NCBI GenBank assembly: GCA_963662585.1
Contig: OY759729.1
Span: 128,001-192,000, forward strand
DNA from: Candidatus Cloacimonadales bacterium
Lineage (GTDB): Bacteria > Cloacimonadota > Cloacimonadia > Cloacimonadales > JAFGVF01
Length of the DNA: 64,000 nucleotides
Reading direction: 5' to 3'
Shown here: positions 37,042 through 46,721 of the stretch, in pieces
How positions within the stretch are numbered: position 1 is the first letter of the stretch
Layout of the letters: every line of letters begins with the position of its first letter
Made by a program: the position numbers and the translations under genes
The notes under the pieces: model-generated
Told to the model about the DNA's origin: nothing
The model's input: only the letters and a program-made list of their open reading frames with translations
Database searches by the model: none

Positions 37042-38151
37042 TTAATTCTTCCATTTATATTTCATAATAGCACCTCTAAGAGCAAAGACTAAGAAAATCA
37101 TTACATACAAAAGTGTAAAGATGAAATAATAAAGTATATATTTTTGTTTTTTTATTTTAATACAAAATAGACTCATCATTATCAATTCAGAAATAACTCT
37201 TATTCCGAACAAAATTAAAAATGAGCTTAGGTAATGATAATTGAAAGGTAGCAGACAGGCAAAGACAAGAAAAAAAATGTAATATAAAAATACCAAACTG
37301 CTAAAAAGTTTTAAGGCTAGTGGGTAATATTTGAACTTTGAAGCCCGGCGAGTGTTTAAGTTAATATGAGATTGAAGAGTCTCTTTTTCCAATGTTATAA
37401 CTGAAGCTTCAGAAGTAAAAAGATATTTCTTTTTTCTCAGGTGAACCCAGAGATTAAATAATTGGAGATCATCATCTCCTGATTTAATATTTTTATAGCG
37501 ACCAAAGCCATTTGCCTTTAGATAAGCACTTTTTCTATATGACATATTGGAAGCCGAAGCTGTCATTGGTGTTCCGTTTCCTAAACCACTTGCAGCAATC
37601 ACGCGATAGAGAATTGCTTCAAAAGTTTTTAATCTGTTGGTAAGAGTTTTCTTTTGAAACTGAACATGAGTATAAGCTAAAATATAATCTGTATCATCAT
37701 CATAAGCTTTGGCAAAGGTCTCTATCCACTTGGGATTAGCTATACAATCTGAATCAGTAAAAAGTAGGATATCATGACTAGCATGTTCTATCCCTTTAGC
37801 AATAGCATACTTTTTACCATTTCTTCTTCCCTTATCTGGTAATTGCAAGAGCCTTAAATCAAGCTGAGAAGTTTTAGCAAAATCACTAATAAGTTGGTAT
37901 GTTTTATCATAGCTTCTATCATCTACGATTATTACTTCAAAAAGATTCTTGGGGTAACTTTGATTTTCTAATGATACTAGTAATTTATGAACATTTTTCT
38001 CTTCATTACGGGCTGCAATGATTACCGAGACTTTCTTTCTAAGACTAGATGTAATCTTGCTTTTAGGAATTATTCGTAAAAGTCCTATAATCAGGTAACT
38101 AATAGCTCCGATATATAAAATACTAAAAACTATGAAACTTATTAATGTCAT
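37042..38151 (-). CDS. Membrane glycosyltransferase family 2
   Basis: VSVIIAARNEE, VDD.S.D, GKK.A, FTDSDC, SGDDD; N- and C-terminal TM helices. Confidence 0.9.
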   Translation of the reverse strand: MTLISFIVFSILYIGAISYLIIGLLRIIPKSKITSSLRKKVSVIIAARNEEKNVHKLLVSLENQSYPKNLFEVIIVDDRSYDKTYQLISDFAKTSQLDLRLLQLPDKGRRNGKKYAIAKGIEHASHDILLFTDSDCIANPKWIETFAKAYDDDTDYILAYTHVQFQKKTLTNRLKTFEAILYRVIAASGLGNGTPMTASASNMSYRKSAYLKANGFGRYKNIKSGDDDLQLFNLWVHLRKKKYLFTSEASVITLEKETLQSHINLNTRRASKFKYYPLALKLFSSLVFLYYIFFLVFACLLPFNYHYLSSFLILFGIRVISELIMMSLFCIKIKKQKYILYYFIFTLLYVMIFLVFALRGAIMKYKWKN

Positions 38152-39935
38152 CTGAGATCTTTATTACTTTTAATCCGATTTATAATCTTAGATTTAGTAT
38201 CTTTAATAAATTTTGCTAATTCTGGGATATCTTCTTGTAAAGCTTCCATTGTTAACTCTTTTTCTTCCTTAGCTTGGATATCAGTAAAATCTACATCAAA
38301 ATTCAAACTCTTTTGGAAAAAATCACTTAAATAGCTATTTAGTTTCTCTTTATTCTTAGCTAATATTTCTTCAGTCATCTTCTTATCTGTTGAGACTTTG
38401 ATAAATCTGTTAGAAACACTAGTAATTGTTACATAATTAAGCATACTAGCTAATATACTGTCTTTCTTAGAAATAAGTTTAATACAGCTATCCCAATGTT
38501 TATTAACAAACTCTATATCTAAATCTCCAACTGATTCTTTGACTGCTTCAATCGAAGGAGTTTGCTCTTTAGGAGCCTTTTCAACCATAGTTTCCTTAGG
38601 TTTGGAATTAAACTCTTCATCAAATCTTTCTTTTAATGAATTCTTTTTTACAGGAAGGTCTTTAGCTGTTACTGCATTAATTACTTTGTTCTCAGGAAGA
38701 GAATGTGTCTTCTCAACATTTTGTGGTCTATTAATAGCTTCATTAGTCGGTGAGTTTGTAAATTGGTGAGGATTAATCCTTGCTTGCTGACTGTTTACTT
38801 CTTTTTTAACAATGATAGGTTGGATAGGATTATTTACTGAGTCAATATCAACAAGATCCTTAATCTTAGATAATTTAATCAATACTATTTCTAGCAATAT
38901 CGCTGGATTATCTCCAGATTTCATATCAACTTTTGTTTTCATCAATATAGATATTATATAGAGAAGATCTTGATCATCAAATTTTGAACATACACTTTTA
39001 ATCGCTTGGTACTGAGCCTTAGATACTTCCCCGGTCTCGACATCATAAAATGATAAAAGACATAATCTAAGATAATCTAAGAAACCATTAACTATCTCAA
39101 TAATATCATTTCCCATTTCAATTATTGAGTGTAAATTTCTAATAACTTCAGCAGAATTACCAGAGTTAATAGATGATAATATTCTTTCATAGACTTCAAA
39201 GGGAAGAATACCAAATACTTCTCTAACAATTGCTTCTCCTATTATCTCTTTTCCTGTAGATATAACTTGGTCCATTAAAGAAAGAGCATCTCTCATCCCT
39301 CCATCAGCTTTTTTAGCAATCTGGAAAAGTGCCTCCTCTTCATACTGAAGATTCTCTTGTTGGCAGATGTTTTTGAGATTTTTTACAATCAGCTCTATAG
39401 GGATTCTTTTGAAATCAAATCTTTGACATCTAGAAATAATTGTTGGAATAACTTTATGAGGTTCAGTAGTAGCAAAAATAAAAATTACATTTTCTGGAGG
39501 CTCTTCTAATGTCTTCAAGAGAGCATTAAAAGCATTTTTAGAAAGCATGTGGACTTCATCAATAATGTATATTTTATATTGTGCTGAGTTTGTTGTATAG
39601 AGTAAATCCCTCTGTAACTCTCTAATATCATCAACACCTGTATTAGAGGCACCATCTATCTCAACAACATCTGTTGAGGTTCCGTTTGTAATTTCTAAAC
39701 AAGTTGAACAGTGATTACACGGATGGCCTTTCTTACCTTCTTGGCAATTAAGACTTTTGGCTAAAATCCTAGCCATTGAAGTTTTCCCTACGCCACGAGG
39801 TCCGCTAAAGAGATAAGCATGAGCTATTCTATCTTGCTCTAAGGCATTAATTAATATCTTAGTTACATGGTCTTGGGCATAAACATCAACAAATGTTTGG
39901 GGTCTATATTTTCTGGCTAATACTATATATGACAT
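38148..39935 (-). CDS. dnaX: DNA polymerase III subunit gamma/tau
   Basis: LARKYRPQTF, GPRGVGKT, C..C..C zinc module, DEVHML, SRC. Confidence 0.96.
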   Translation of the reverse strand: MSYIVLARKYRPQTFVDVYAQDHVTKILINALEQDRIAHAYLFSGPRGVGKTSMARILAKSLNCQEGKKGHPCNHCSTCLEITNGTSTDVVEIDGASNTGVDDIRELQRDLLYTTNSAQYKIYIIDEVHMLSKNAFNALLKTLEEPPENVIFIFATTEPHKVIPTIISRCQRFDFKRIPIELIVKNLKNICQQENLQYEEEALFQIAKKADGGMRDALSLMDQVISTGKEIIGEAIVREVFGILPFEVYERILSSINSGNSAEVIRNLHSIIEMGNDIIEIVNGFLDYLRLCLLSFYDVETGEVSKAQYQAIKSVCSKFDDQDLLYIISILMKTKVDMKSGDNPAILLEIVLIKLSKIKDLVDIDSVNNPIQPIIVKKEVNSQQARINPHQFTNSPTNEAINRPQNVEKTHSLPENKVINAVTAKDLPVKKNSLKERFDEEFNSKPKETMVEKAPKEQTPSIEAVKESVGDLDIEFVNKHWDSCIKLISKKDSILASMLNYVTITSVSNRFIKVSTDKKMTEEILAKNKEKLNSYLSDFFQKSLNFDVDFTDIQAKEEKELTMEALQEDIPELAKFIKDTKSKIINRIKSNKDLR

Positions 39936-39942
39936 ATTATCC

Positions 39943-41862
39943 TCATATCAATTCTTTATTCGTTAAAACTCTAAAATCTTCTTTTCTTTGAGTAATACCC
40001 ATTTTATCAAACAACTCTAAAAAGTAAAGAGCAATTTTCCTATTAGTTTCTAGTAAATCCCTAAATTCTGATATTCTAAACTCTTGCTTACCTATTTTTT
40101 CTCTCATTAGTAAATGAATTTCTTTTAATATCGATAAGCTTAGATAGATATTGTCATAAAAAATAATTTTATTCTCTTCTATTAATGAATTTAAGATAGA
40201 ATTAATCTCTTGTGATTTAAGAGAATACTTCTTCTTAAAATCATCTTTACTTGCATCTTCAGGAATATTAAATCCATAAGAATCAATCTGCTTAAGTATA
40301 GTATCTTTAAGCCTCACTAAAGTAGTATTAGCTTCTGGATTATGTTCAGGAATTATAAAAGAATTATTAGATTCTTTCAAAAGCCCTGAAAGCACCATAT
40401 CTTCTAAGATTATCATTATACTATTTTTAGTTAAACTCTCTTTTGATAAGGTTAAATATTTACTTATATCACTGAGAGTTAACCCTCTATTACTTAGGCT
40501 ATTATTAAGGAGATGTCGCCTTACTATGGTTATTATTTCTTTGTGAATTTTAGTTAAATGAGAATGTAAGATATAGATATCTACATTTTCTTGTTTAATA
40601 ATTGCTATCTGATCAGCAAGAGAATTAAGTAACGCTTCAACAGTTTGCTGATTTATATTTAGCTTTCTACTGAGTTCATAGCTATTGATAATATCAAGAC
40701 TCTTTTCGATTTCATTTACTAAAACAAGTTTTAACTCACTTGAAGCTAAACGGTTAAGTTTTTCTATTAATTCTTGGGGTCGTTTTCGATGTTTAAGTGG
40801 GAAAGCATCAATTATAGTGCCACCACCTATGGTATAGTTGTTAGAAGTGTCACGCAGAATATACTTATCATTATAGTAGAATATTCCAGCTACATCTAAA
40901 GTAATTTGAATTATTGCTTTATTTCCTGCTTCTAATTCGTCACAATCAATTAAATGAATCTTTGCTTTACTTTTGAAGGTTCCCGAAAGAAATATTGCCG
41001 TTGTCCAGAGTTTAAGTTCTTTATTAGAAAAGTTTTCTAAGATACAATCTATCATAGTACTCTGTTCTCGGTCAGCATTAGTAATCAGCATCCCTCTCTT
41101 AAAGTCTCCTCTTTTCATTCCTACAATGTTTAGAGAAGCTCTATCTCCAGCTTTTACTTCAAAAACTTCATTATGAAACTTTTGCATACCTCTAATTCTC
41201 AAAGTTTTATTTCCAGGAAGTATTTGAACAGAATCTTCTTTGCTTAGCTTTCCACTTAGAACAGAACCATTAACTATTGTACCATGTCCTTCCGAAGTGA
41301 ATATTCTATCAACGAACATCCTAAATATCACCCCAAGATCTCTTTCATCTGTTTTCTCTATCTGCCTGATAATTTCTTCTTTAATTTCTTCTAGTCCAGC
41401 CCCAGTTTTATTGGATACATTTATAATTGGACAGTTTTCCAAGAAAGTACCTTCAGTGAACTCTTCAATCTCAGATTTAGCTAATTCTATCAGCTCAGCA
41501 TCAACTAGATCTGTTTTAGTAAGAGCAATAAAACCTGATTTTATCTTAAGTAGTTGCATGATTTTAAGATGTTCTACTGTCTGAGGCATTATACCGCTAT
41601 CAGCAGAAATCACTAACATCACAAAATCTATTCCAGAAGCACCAGCTATCATTGTATTCACGAAATCTTTGTGCCCAGGTACATCAATAATACCTACTTG
41701 ATGTTCAGAGTCAAATGCAATATGTGTAAAGCCCAGATGGATAGTTATCCCTCTATTTTGTTCTTCAGTATGAGTGTCACAATCAAAGCCAGTTAAAGCT
41801 CTTACTAAAGAAGTTTTGCCGTGATCAACATGTCCTGCCGTACCTAAAATTAGATGTTTCAT
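39943..41862 (-). CDS. selB: Selenocysteine-specific elongation factor SelB
   Basis: GTAGHVDHGKT, RGITI.LGF, DVPGH, C-terminal winged-helix region ending FRDLLETNRK.A...LE.FD. Confidence 0.95.
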   Translation of the reverse strand: MKHLILGTAGHVDHGKTSLVRALTGFDCDTHTEEQNRGITIHLGFTHIAFDSEHQVGIIDVPGHKDFVNTMIAGASGIDFVMLVISADSGIMPQTVEHLKIMQLLKIKSGFIALTKTDLVDAELIELAKSEIEEFTEGTFLENCPIINVSNKTGAGLEEIKEEIIRQIEKTDERDLGVIFRMFVDRIFTSEGHGTIVNGSVLSGKLSKEDSVQILPGNKTLRIRGMQKFHNEVFEVKAGDRASLNIVGMKRGDFKRGMLITNADREQSTMIDCILENFSNKELKLWTTAIFLSGTFKSKAKIHLIDCDELEAGNKAIIQITLDVAGIFYYNDKYILRDTSNNYTIGGGTIIDAFPLKHRKRPQELIEKLNRLASSELKLVLVNEIEKSLDIINSYELSRKLNINQQTVEALLNSLADQIAIIKQENVDIYILHSHLTKIHKEIITIVRRHLLNNSLSNRGLTLSDISKYLTLSKESLTKNSIMIILEDMVLSGLLKESNNSFIIPEHNPEANTTLVRLKDTILKQIDSYGFNIPEDASKDDFKKKYSLKSQEINSILNSLIEENKIIFYDNIYLSLSILKEIHLLMREKIGKQEFRISEFRDLLETNRKIALYFLELFDKMGITQRKEDFRVLTNKELI

Positions 41863-43229
41863 AAATCCCTATAAACTTTATTAATCTCTTCTGAGATATA
41901 GATTAAATCTTCATTTTCTACTGAAATAATATCGATATTGAGTTTTCCTTGGGTGAGATAAGTAACAATCGGTCGGCTTAGATCTAGTAATTTTAAATAA
42001 GCGGAGGCATTCTTATCTTCAGCTTCACTTATCTGAATAGCATAGGAATCAAGGGAAACACTTGGCATTGAGCCTCCACCAGTTTTAATCTTAGTAGAAA
42101 TTACTTCTTTCTTTATCTTCTTATCTAGAAGTGTGTCTAAAGTAGAAGCTTTTTCTTCAAGTTGGTTAGCTGTTTGATTAAGCATTTTAAAGAATGGTAT
42201 TTGCTCAAAATCTTTATCAAAGTTAAGATAGTTCTTAAGAGTATAGTAGAGAACAGAATCTGTTAATTTACCAACGCGCAATATTCTATAGAGAGGATTT
42301 TTCTTTAATCTATCAATGTAGTCTTTTTTTCCAACTATTAACCCTGCCTGTGTGGCACCAAGTAACTTATCCCCACTGAAACTTACCAAGTCGACACCCA
42401 TATCAATTATTTCTTTAACTGTATGGTCCCAGGCTATATCTATATTCTTAGGTTTTTGAATTAAACCTGAACCAAGGTCGTAATAAGAGACAAGTGTCTT
42501 GTTTCTAGAAAGTTTTATTAAATCAGAGATATCAGCTTCTTCAGTAAAGCCTTCGAGATAAAAATTAGATTGATGAACTTTCATAATCATAGAGGTCTTA
42601 TCGTTGATATTATTCTCATAATCTGAAAGTTTTGTCTTGTTTGTTGTCCCAACCTCTTTAAGTTTTGCTCCACTAAGGTTCATGATGTCAGGCACTCTAA
42701 AAGAGCCACCAATTTCTACTAATTCAGATCTTGAGACTAAGACTTCACTATTTTTCGAAAATTCATTCAATATAAGATATACAGCACCAGCATTGTTATT
42801 TACTACCATAGCAGCTTCAGCATTAGTGAGAGTACATAACAATTGATTTATATACTCACCTCTTTTTCCTCTTCTACCTGTAGATAAATCAAATTCAACA
42901 TTTACATAATTAGTTAATAGAGCAGTAACTTCTTCCATAACTTTCTTACTTAATATTGCCCTACCCAAGTTAGTATGCAACAAGGTACCTGTACAATTAA
43001 TAAGAGCTTTTAACTCAACTAGTTTATTCTTCTGAAACTCTTTTTCAATTGCCTCTTCAACCTCTTCCTTAGTTAGTTCTATACCTTCGGATATTTGTTT
43101 CCGGAGATCTTCTAAAGCATTAGTTAATATAGTTTTTACCCTATCTCTACCATGTAAGAGTATTTGCTCTTCATACTTTTTACTTTCTAAGAGGAAGTTT
43201 ATTGAGGGAAGCACTGAAAAATCTTTCAT
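41859..43229 (-). CDS. selA: L-seryl-tRNA(Sec) selenium transferase SelA
   Basis: INCTGTLLHTNLGRA, VNNNA, ELVEIGGSFR.P, EVGTTN.T, DLGSG, FSGDKLLG (PLP Lys). Confidence 0.96.
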   Translation of the reverse strand: MKDFSVLPSINFLLESKKYEEQILLHGRDRVKTILTNALEDLRKQISEGIELTKEEVEEAIEKEFQKNKLVELKALINCTGTLLHTNLGRAILSKKVMEEVTALLTNYVNVEFDLSTGRRGKRGEYINQLLCTLTNAEAAMVVNNNAGAVYLILNEFSKNSEVLVSRSELVEIGGSFRVPDIMNLSGAKLKEVGTTNKTKLSDYENNINDKTSMIMKVHQSNFYLEGFTEEADISDLIKLSRNKTLVSYYDLGSGLIQKPKNIDIAWDHTVKEIIDMGVDLVSFSGDKLLGATQAGLIVGKKDYIDRLKKNPLYRILRVGKLTDSVLYYTLKNYLNFDKDFEQIPFFKMLNQTANQLEEKASTLDTLLDKKIKKEVISTKIKTGGGSMPSVSLDSYAIQISEAEDKNASAYLKLLDLSRPIVTYLTQGKLNIDIISVENEDLIYISEEINKVYRDL

Positions 43230-43314
43230 AGAATCTATTCCTTGTTAAATTTTGTTATCAAATATCTACTAATTTCATACTAGCTCCCCTTCCTAAAAGG
43301 GGGTTATGAAAAGA

Positions 43315-43336
43315 TGAGTCGGATTGCTCCGACTCA
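43315..43336 (-). terminator. Hairpin immediately 3' of selC (terminator or processing signal)
   Basis: TGAGTCGGA-N4-TCCGACTCA followed by TCTTTT on the minus strand. Confidence 0.6.
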
Positions 43337-43340
43337 AATA

Positions 43341-43435
43341 TGGCTGAGAGGGCAGGAATCGAACCTGCCAAAGACGGTTTTATCCGCCTCTTATCGGTTT
43401 TGAAGACCGACTGAACCACCAGATCCATCCTCCCG
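43341..43435 (-). tRNA. selC: tRNA-Sec (anticodon UCA), 7/5 fold
   Basis: Anticodon loop CTTCAAA, 6-bp D stem with 4-nt loop (TGGATC-TGGT-GGTTCA), 6-bp anticodon stem, 8-bp variable stem, GCAGG-TTCGATT-CCTGC T arm, G73 plus encoded CCA; adjacent to selA and selB. Confidence 0.95.
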
Positions 43436-43448
43436 TTATTTTATCTTA

Positions 43449-45287
43449 TTAATAAGTATCTTTTTTAGTTGCTTGGACAGTAGTAAGACTTTCATAGTGC
43501 ATACCAGGAATGATATTTACAGCATGAACAGGACAAACATCTGCACAGTTACCACATTTAACACAATCTAGTTGGTGAATAATATATTTATCTTCTCTAC
43601 TTCCTGTAATACAATTTACAGGGCATTTTCTTGCACATAAAGAACAACCAATACATTTTGTCTTATCGATATCAAAATGGATTAGAGAAGTACATACTTT
43701 AGCAGGACAGCTCTTTTCTTTGATATGAGCATCATACTCTTCTCTGAAATATCTAATAGTAGAAAGAACAGGATTTGGAGCAGTTTGACCAAGACCACAT
43801 AATGATGATTTTTTAATATCATTACCTAATCTAATTAACTCTTCAATATCTCCCTCTTTTCCTTTTCCACTAGTGATATTTTCCATAATACCATACATTT
43901 GCTTAAGACCGAGACGGCAAGGGAAACATTTTCCGCATGATTCTTCAACAGAGAAATCTAAGAAGAATTTAGCAACATTTACCATACAGTTAGTGTCATT
44001 CATTACAATAACACCACCTGAGCCCATCATGGCACCTTTTTCTAACAATGATTCATAGGTAATAGGAGTGTCTAAATCTTTTTCAGTAAGACATCCACCT
44101 GAAGGACCACCCAACTGAACAGCTTTGAATTTTCTACCATTAGTGATACCACCACCAACTTCAAAAATCAAATCTCTAAGGGTAATTCCCATTGGAACTT
44201 CAACTAAACCAGTATTTTTAACATCACCAGTAAGAGCGAAAACTTTAGTACCTTTAGATTTTCCCACACCCATTGAAGCAAACCATTCAGCACCTTTATT
44301 AAAGATAGATGTTAGGTTAGCTAATGTTTCAACATTATTAACAACAGTTGGCTTATCCCATAAACCTCTTTCTGCAGGGAATGGTGGTTTTGGAGTTGGT
44401 TGGCCTCTCATTCCTTCGATAGAGTGAATCAAGGCTGTTTCTTCACCACAAACAAATGCACCAGCACCAGTTCTAACTTCTGCGTCAAAGGCAAAGCCAC
44501 TACCAAAGATATCATCGCCCAAAAGACCTACTGTTCTCATTTGCTCCATAGCTAAGTTAATTCTCTTAATAGCAAGAGGATATTCAGCTCTGATATAGAA
44601 ATAACCTTTTGAAGCACCAATTGCATAACCAGCAAGCATCATACCTTCGATAACTCTATAAGGGTCACCTTCAAGAAGTGATCTATCCATGAATGCACCA
44701 GGGTCTCCCTCATCGGCATTACAGATAATATATTTTTGATCAGCTTTGTTGTTAAAACCAAACTGCCATTTCAGACCTGTAGGGAATCCACCGCCACCAC
44801 GACCTCTAAGACCTGAGTCTTTAACTAAGTCGATAGTTTCTTGTTGACTCATTTCTGATAATACTTTACCGATAGCTTCAAATCCACCAGTAGCAATATA
44901 TTCATCAATAGATTCAGGGTCAATATGACCACAATTTTCTAAAGCAACTTTAACTTGCTTTTGGTAGAAAGGAATCTCTTTTTTGGTTGCTTTAAGTTTA
45001 TCATCTTCGGTAACCATTAAGCGTTGAACAGGTCTTCCTTTTAAGAAGTGCTCTGTAACAATCTCATCTACATCAGCAACAGTTACTTTTTGATAGAATA
45101 CACCTTCAGGGTAAACCATCATTACTGGACCAAAATCACAAGGTCCCATACAACCAGTTTCAATAATATTTACTTCTGAGCGTAAATCATTTGCTTCTAA
45201 TAATTCAATAAATTTATTTTTAATTTTTAAAGATCCGGCTGATACACAACCTGAACCACAACATATTAGTAAATCAATTCTTTTCAT
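43449..45287 (-). CDS. hndC: NADH/FMN-binding diaphorase subunit (HndC/HydB/NuoF-like) with N-terminal thioredoxin-like 2Fe-2S and C-terminal 2x4Fe-4S domains
   Basis: GLRGRGGGGFPTG.KW, CNADEGDPGAFMDR, GAGAFVCGEETAL, ESCGKC.PCR.G, two CxxCxxCxxxCP motifs. Confidence 0.9.
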   Translation of the reverse strand: MKRIDLLICCGSGCVSAGSLKIKNKFIELLEANDLRSEVNIIETGCMGPCDFGPVMMVYPEGVFYQKVTVADVDEIVTEHFLKGRPVQRLMVTEDDKLKATKKEIPFYQKQVKVALENCGHIDPESIDEYIATGGFEAIGKVLSEMSQQETIDLVKDSGLRGRGGGGFPTGLKWQFGFNNKADQKYIICNADEGDPGAFMDRSLLEGDPYRVIEGMMLAGYAIGASKGYFYIRAEYPLAIKRINLAMEQMRTVGLLGDDIFGSGFAFDAEVRTGAGAFVCGEETALIHSIEGMRGQPTPKPPFPAERGLWDKPTVVNNVETLANLTSIFNKGAEWFASMGVGKSKGTKVFALTGDVKNTGLVEVPMGITLRDLIFEVGGGITNGRKFKAVQLGGPSGGCLTEKDLDTPITYESLLEKGAMMGSGGVIVMNDTNCMVNVAKFFLDFSVEESCGKCFPCRLGLKQMYGIMENITSGKGKEGDIEELIRLGNDIKKSSLCGLGQTAPNPVLSTIRYFREEYDAHIKEKSCPAKVCTSLIHFDIDKTKCIGCSLCARKCPVNCITGSREDKYIIHQLDCVKCGNCADVCPVHAVNIIPGMHYESLTTVQATKKDTY

Positions 45288-45297
45288 CTCTACCTCA

Positions 45298-45660
45298 TTA
45301 ATCTCTGCTTATAATAAAATCAGCAACAGCTTGTCCGTTAACAATATGTTCAGAAATAACTTTTTTAGCTTTTTCCGGATTCATATTTCCATAAGTAATA
45401 GTCTCTTTACCTTCTTCTATTACATCAACAACAGGTTCCATGGAAGAAAGACCTTTTTCACCTGTTTGAGTTACTACAACATCTACTATTTGTCTTGTAG
45501 CTATTTCATCTAAGAAAGTTTTCATTACTTCTCTGGCTCCCATAGCGATACCAGAAGTACCCATGCCAACAACAATCTTCACTCTGCTACCTGTGTTTCT
45601 CAACTTCATATCTTGTTGAGCTTTCTCGCGTATTTTTCTGAGGTCAGCTAATGTCTTCAT
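45298..45660 (-). CDS. hndB: Thioredoxin-like (2Fe-2S) ferredoxin-fold subunit (HndB/HydD-like), cysteine-free
   Basis: KIVVGMGTSGIAMGAR, TGEKGLSSMEP, TYGN..PE.A..VI.EHI; Cys positions replaced by Ser/Glu. Confidence 0.85.
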   Translation of the reverse strand: MKTLADLRKIREKAQQDMKLRNTGSRVKIVVGMGTSGIAMGAREVMKTFLDEIATRQIVDVVVTQTGEKGLSSMEPVVDVIEEGKETITYGNMNPEKAKKVISEHIVNGQAVADFIISRD

Positions 45661-46229
45661 CAGATTTCTCCCATTTTTGTATTTTTTATTCCATTATTTA
45701 CATCATCCATGATATATTGAATCACATCCGGATAAGTTAAAGGTATGTCTCCCAATTCCTCTTTTAAAACTCTAGTATCAAATTCATACTCAAAACTTTC
45801 TTTCTGCGTATTATGTTCAATCTTTAAGTAGAAATCCGTCTCACTGTGACCTATCAAAGAACCAATGATGGTATCTGCCAGACTTCCAACCGGCATTCTA
45901 TCGATATGACTCTTTTTAAATACTGCTTCTAAATTTGTTCCCTTGCCTAATTGACTATCAACATGAAAGCTACCATCGCACAATTCCGCATTCTGCATAA
46001 AAAGTGGAATACCTAATCCAACTTTTTTTTCTCTGGAAGCCTTAGATGTATAGAAAGGATTTAGGGCATTATTTAAAGTTTCAGAATCCATACCACTACC
46101 ATTATCATCAATTCTAAACTTCAATATATCTTCTTTTTCATCCACATTTATTAAAATTTTAATCAAAGAAGCACCTGCTCTTGCAGAGTTCTCTATAATA
46201 TCTAATAAATGAAGTGATAAATCTTGCAT
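45660..46229 (-). CDS. Stand-alone HATPase_c (histidine-kinase-like ATPase) of hydrogenase operons
   Basis: DLSLHLLDIIENS, DDNGSGM, PFYT, VGLGIP, S..GKGT, HIDR.P.G. Confidence 0.88.
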   Translation of the reverse strand: MQDLSLHLLDIIENSARAGASLIKILINVDEKEDILKFRIDDNGSGMDSETLNNALNPFYTSKASREKKVGLGIPLFMQNAELCDGSFHVDSQLGKGTNLEAVFKKSHIDRMPVGSLADTIIGSLIGHSETDFYLKIEHNTQKESFEYEFDTRVLKEELGDIPLTYPDVIQYIMDDVNNGIKNTKMGEI

Positions 46230-46238
46230 TATTATTAA

Positions 46239-46721
46239 TTAACGATATTGGCTAAGGATTTCAACAACTTGTGCTTTTGTTTCAATACGACCGTAAGTTT
46301 CTTCTCCGATCACGAAAACAGGTGCTAAGGAGCAAGCTCCAACACATCTAACAGCACTAAGAGTGAATTGACCATCAGGAGTAGTTTCACCCATTTCAAT
46401 TTTAAGTTCTTCACCTATCATTTGAATGATTCTAGGAGCACCTTTAACATAACAAGCTGTACCTGTACAGACATTTATAACATACTTTCCTCTAGGTTTC
46501 ATAGAGAAAAAGTTGTAAAATGTTACTACACCGTAAATTTTGTTTAGAGGCACATCTAATTCAGCAGATATAAACTGTTGCACCTCAATTGGTAAATAAC
46601 CAAAAATTGCTTGAGCTTCCCTCAATACTTCAATCAAAGGGTTTCTGAGCTTAATCTTTTCAGATATGATCTCTTTCAACTCTTTGTACATTTGGTTGTC
46701 GTAATTAGCTATTTGCGACAT
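46239..46721 (-). CDS. hndA: 2Fe-2S subunit (HndA/HydC/NuoE-like)
   Basis: AQ.IFGYLP, YGVVTFY, VCTGTACYVKG, RCVGACSLAP. Confidence 0.9.
   Translation of the reverse strand: MSQIANYDNQMYKELKEIISEKIKLRNPLIEVLREAQAIFGYLPIEVQQFISAELDVPLNKIYGVVTFYNFFSMKPRGKYVINVCTGTACYVKGAPRIIQMIGEELKIEMGETTPDGQFTLSAVRCVGACSLAPVFVIGEETYGRIETKAQVVEILSQYR

Noticed and set aside
43341..43435. selC as integration site of a genomic island
   Set aside because: No duplicated tRNA 3' end or adjacent integrase seen; the flanks are selA and hndC.
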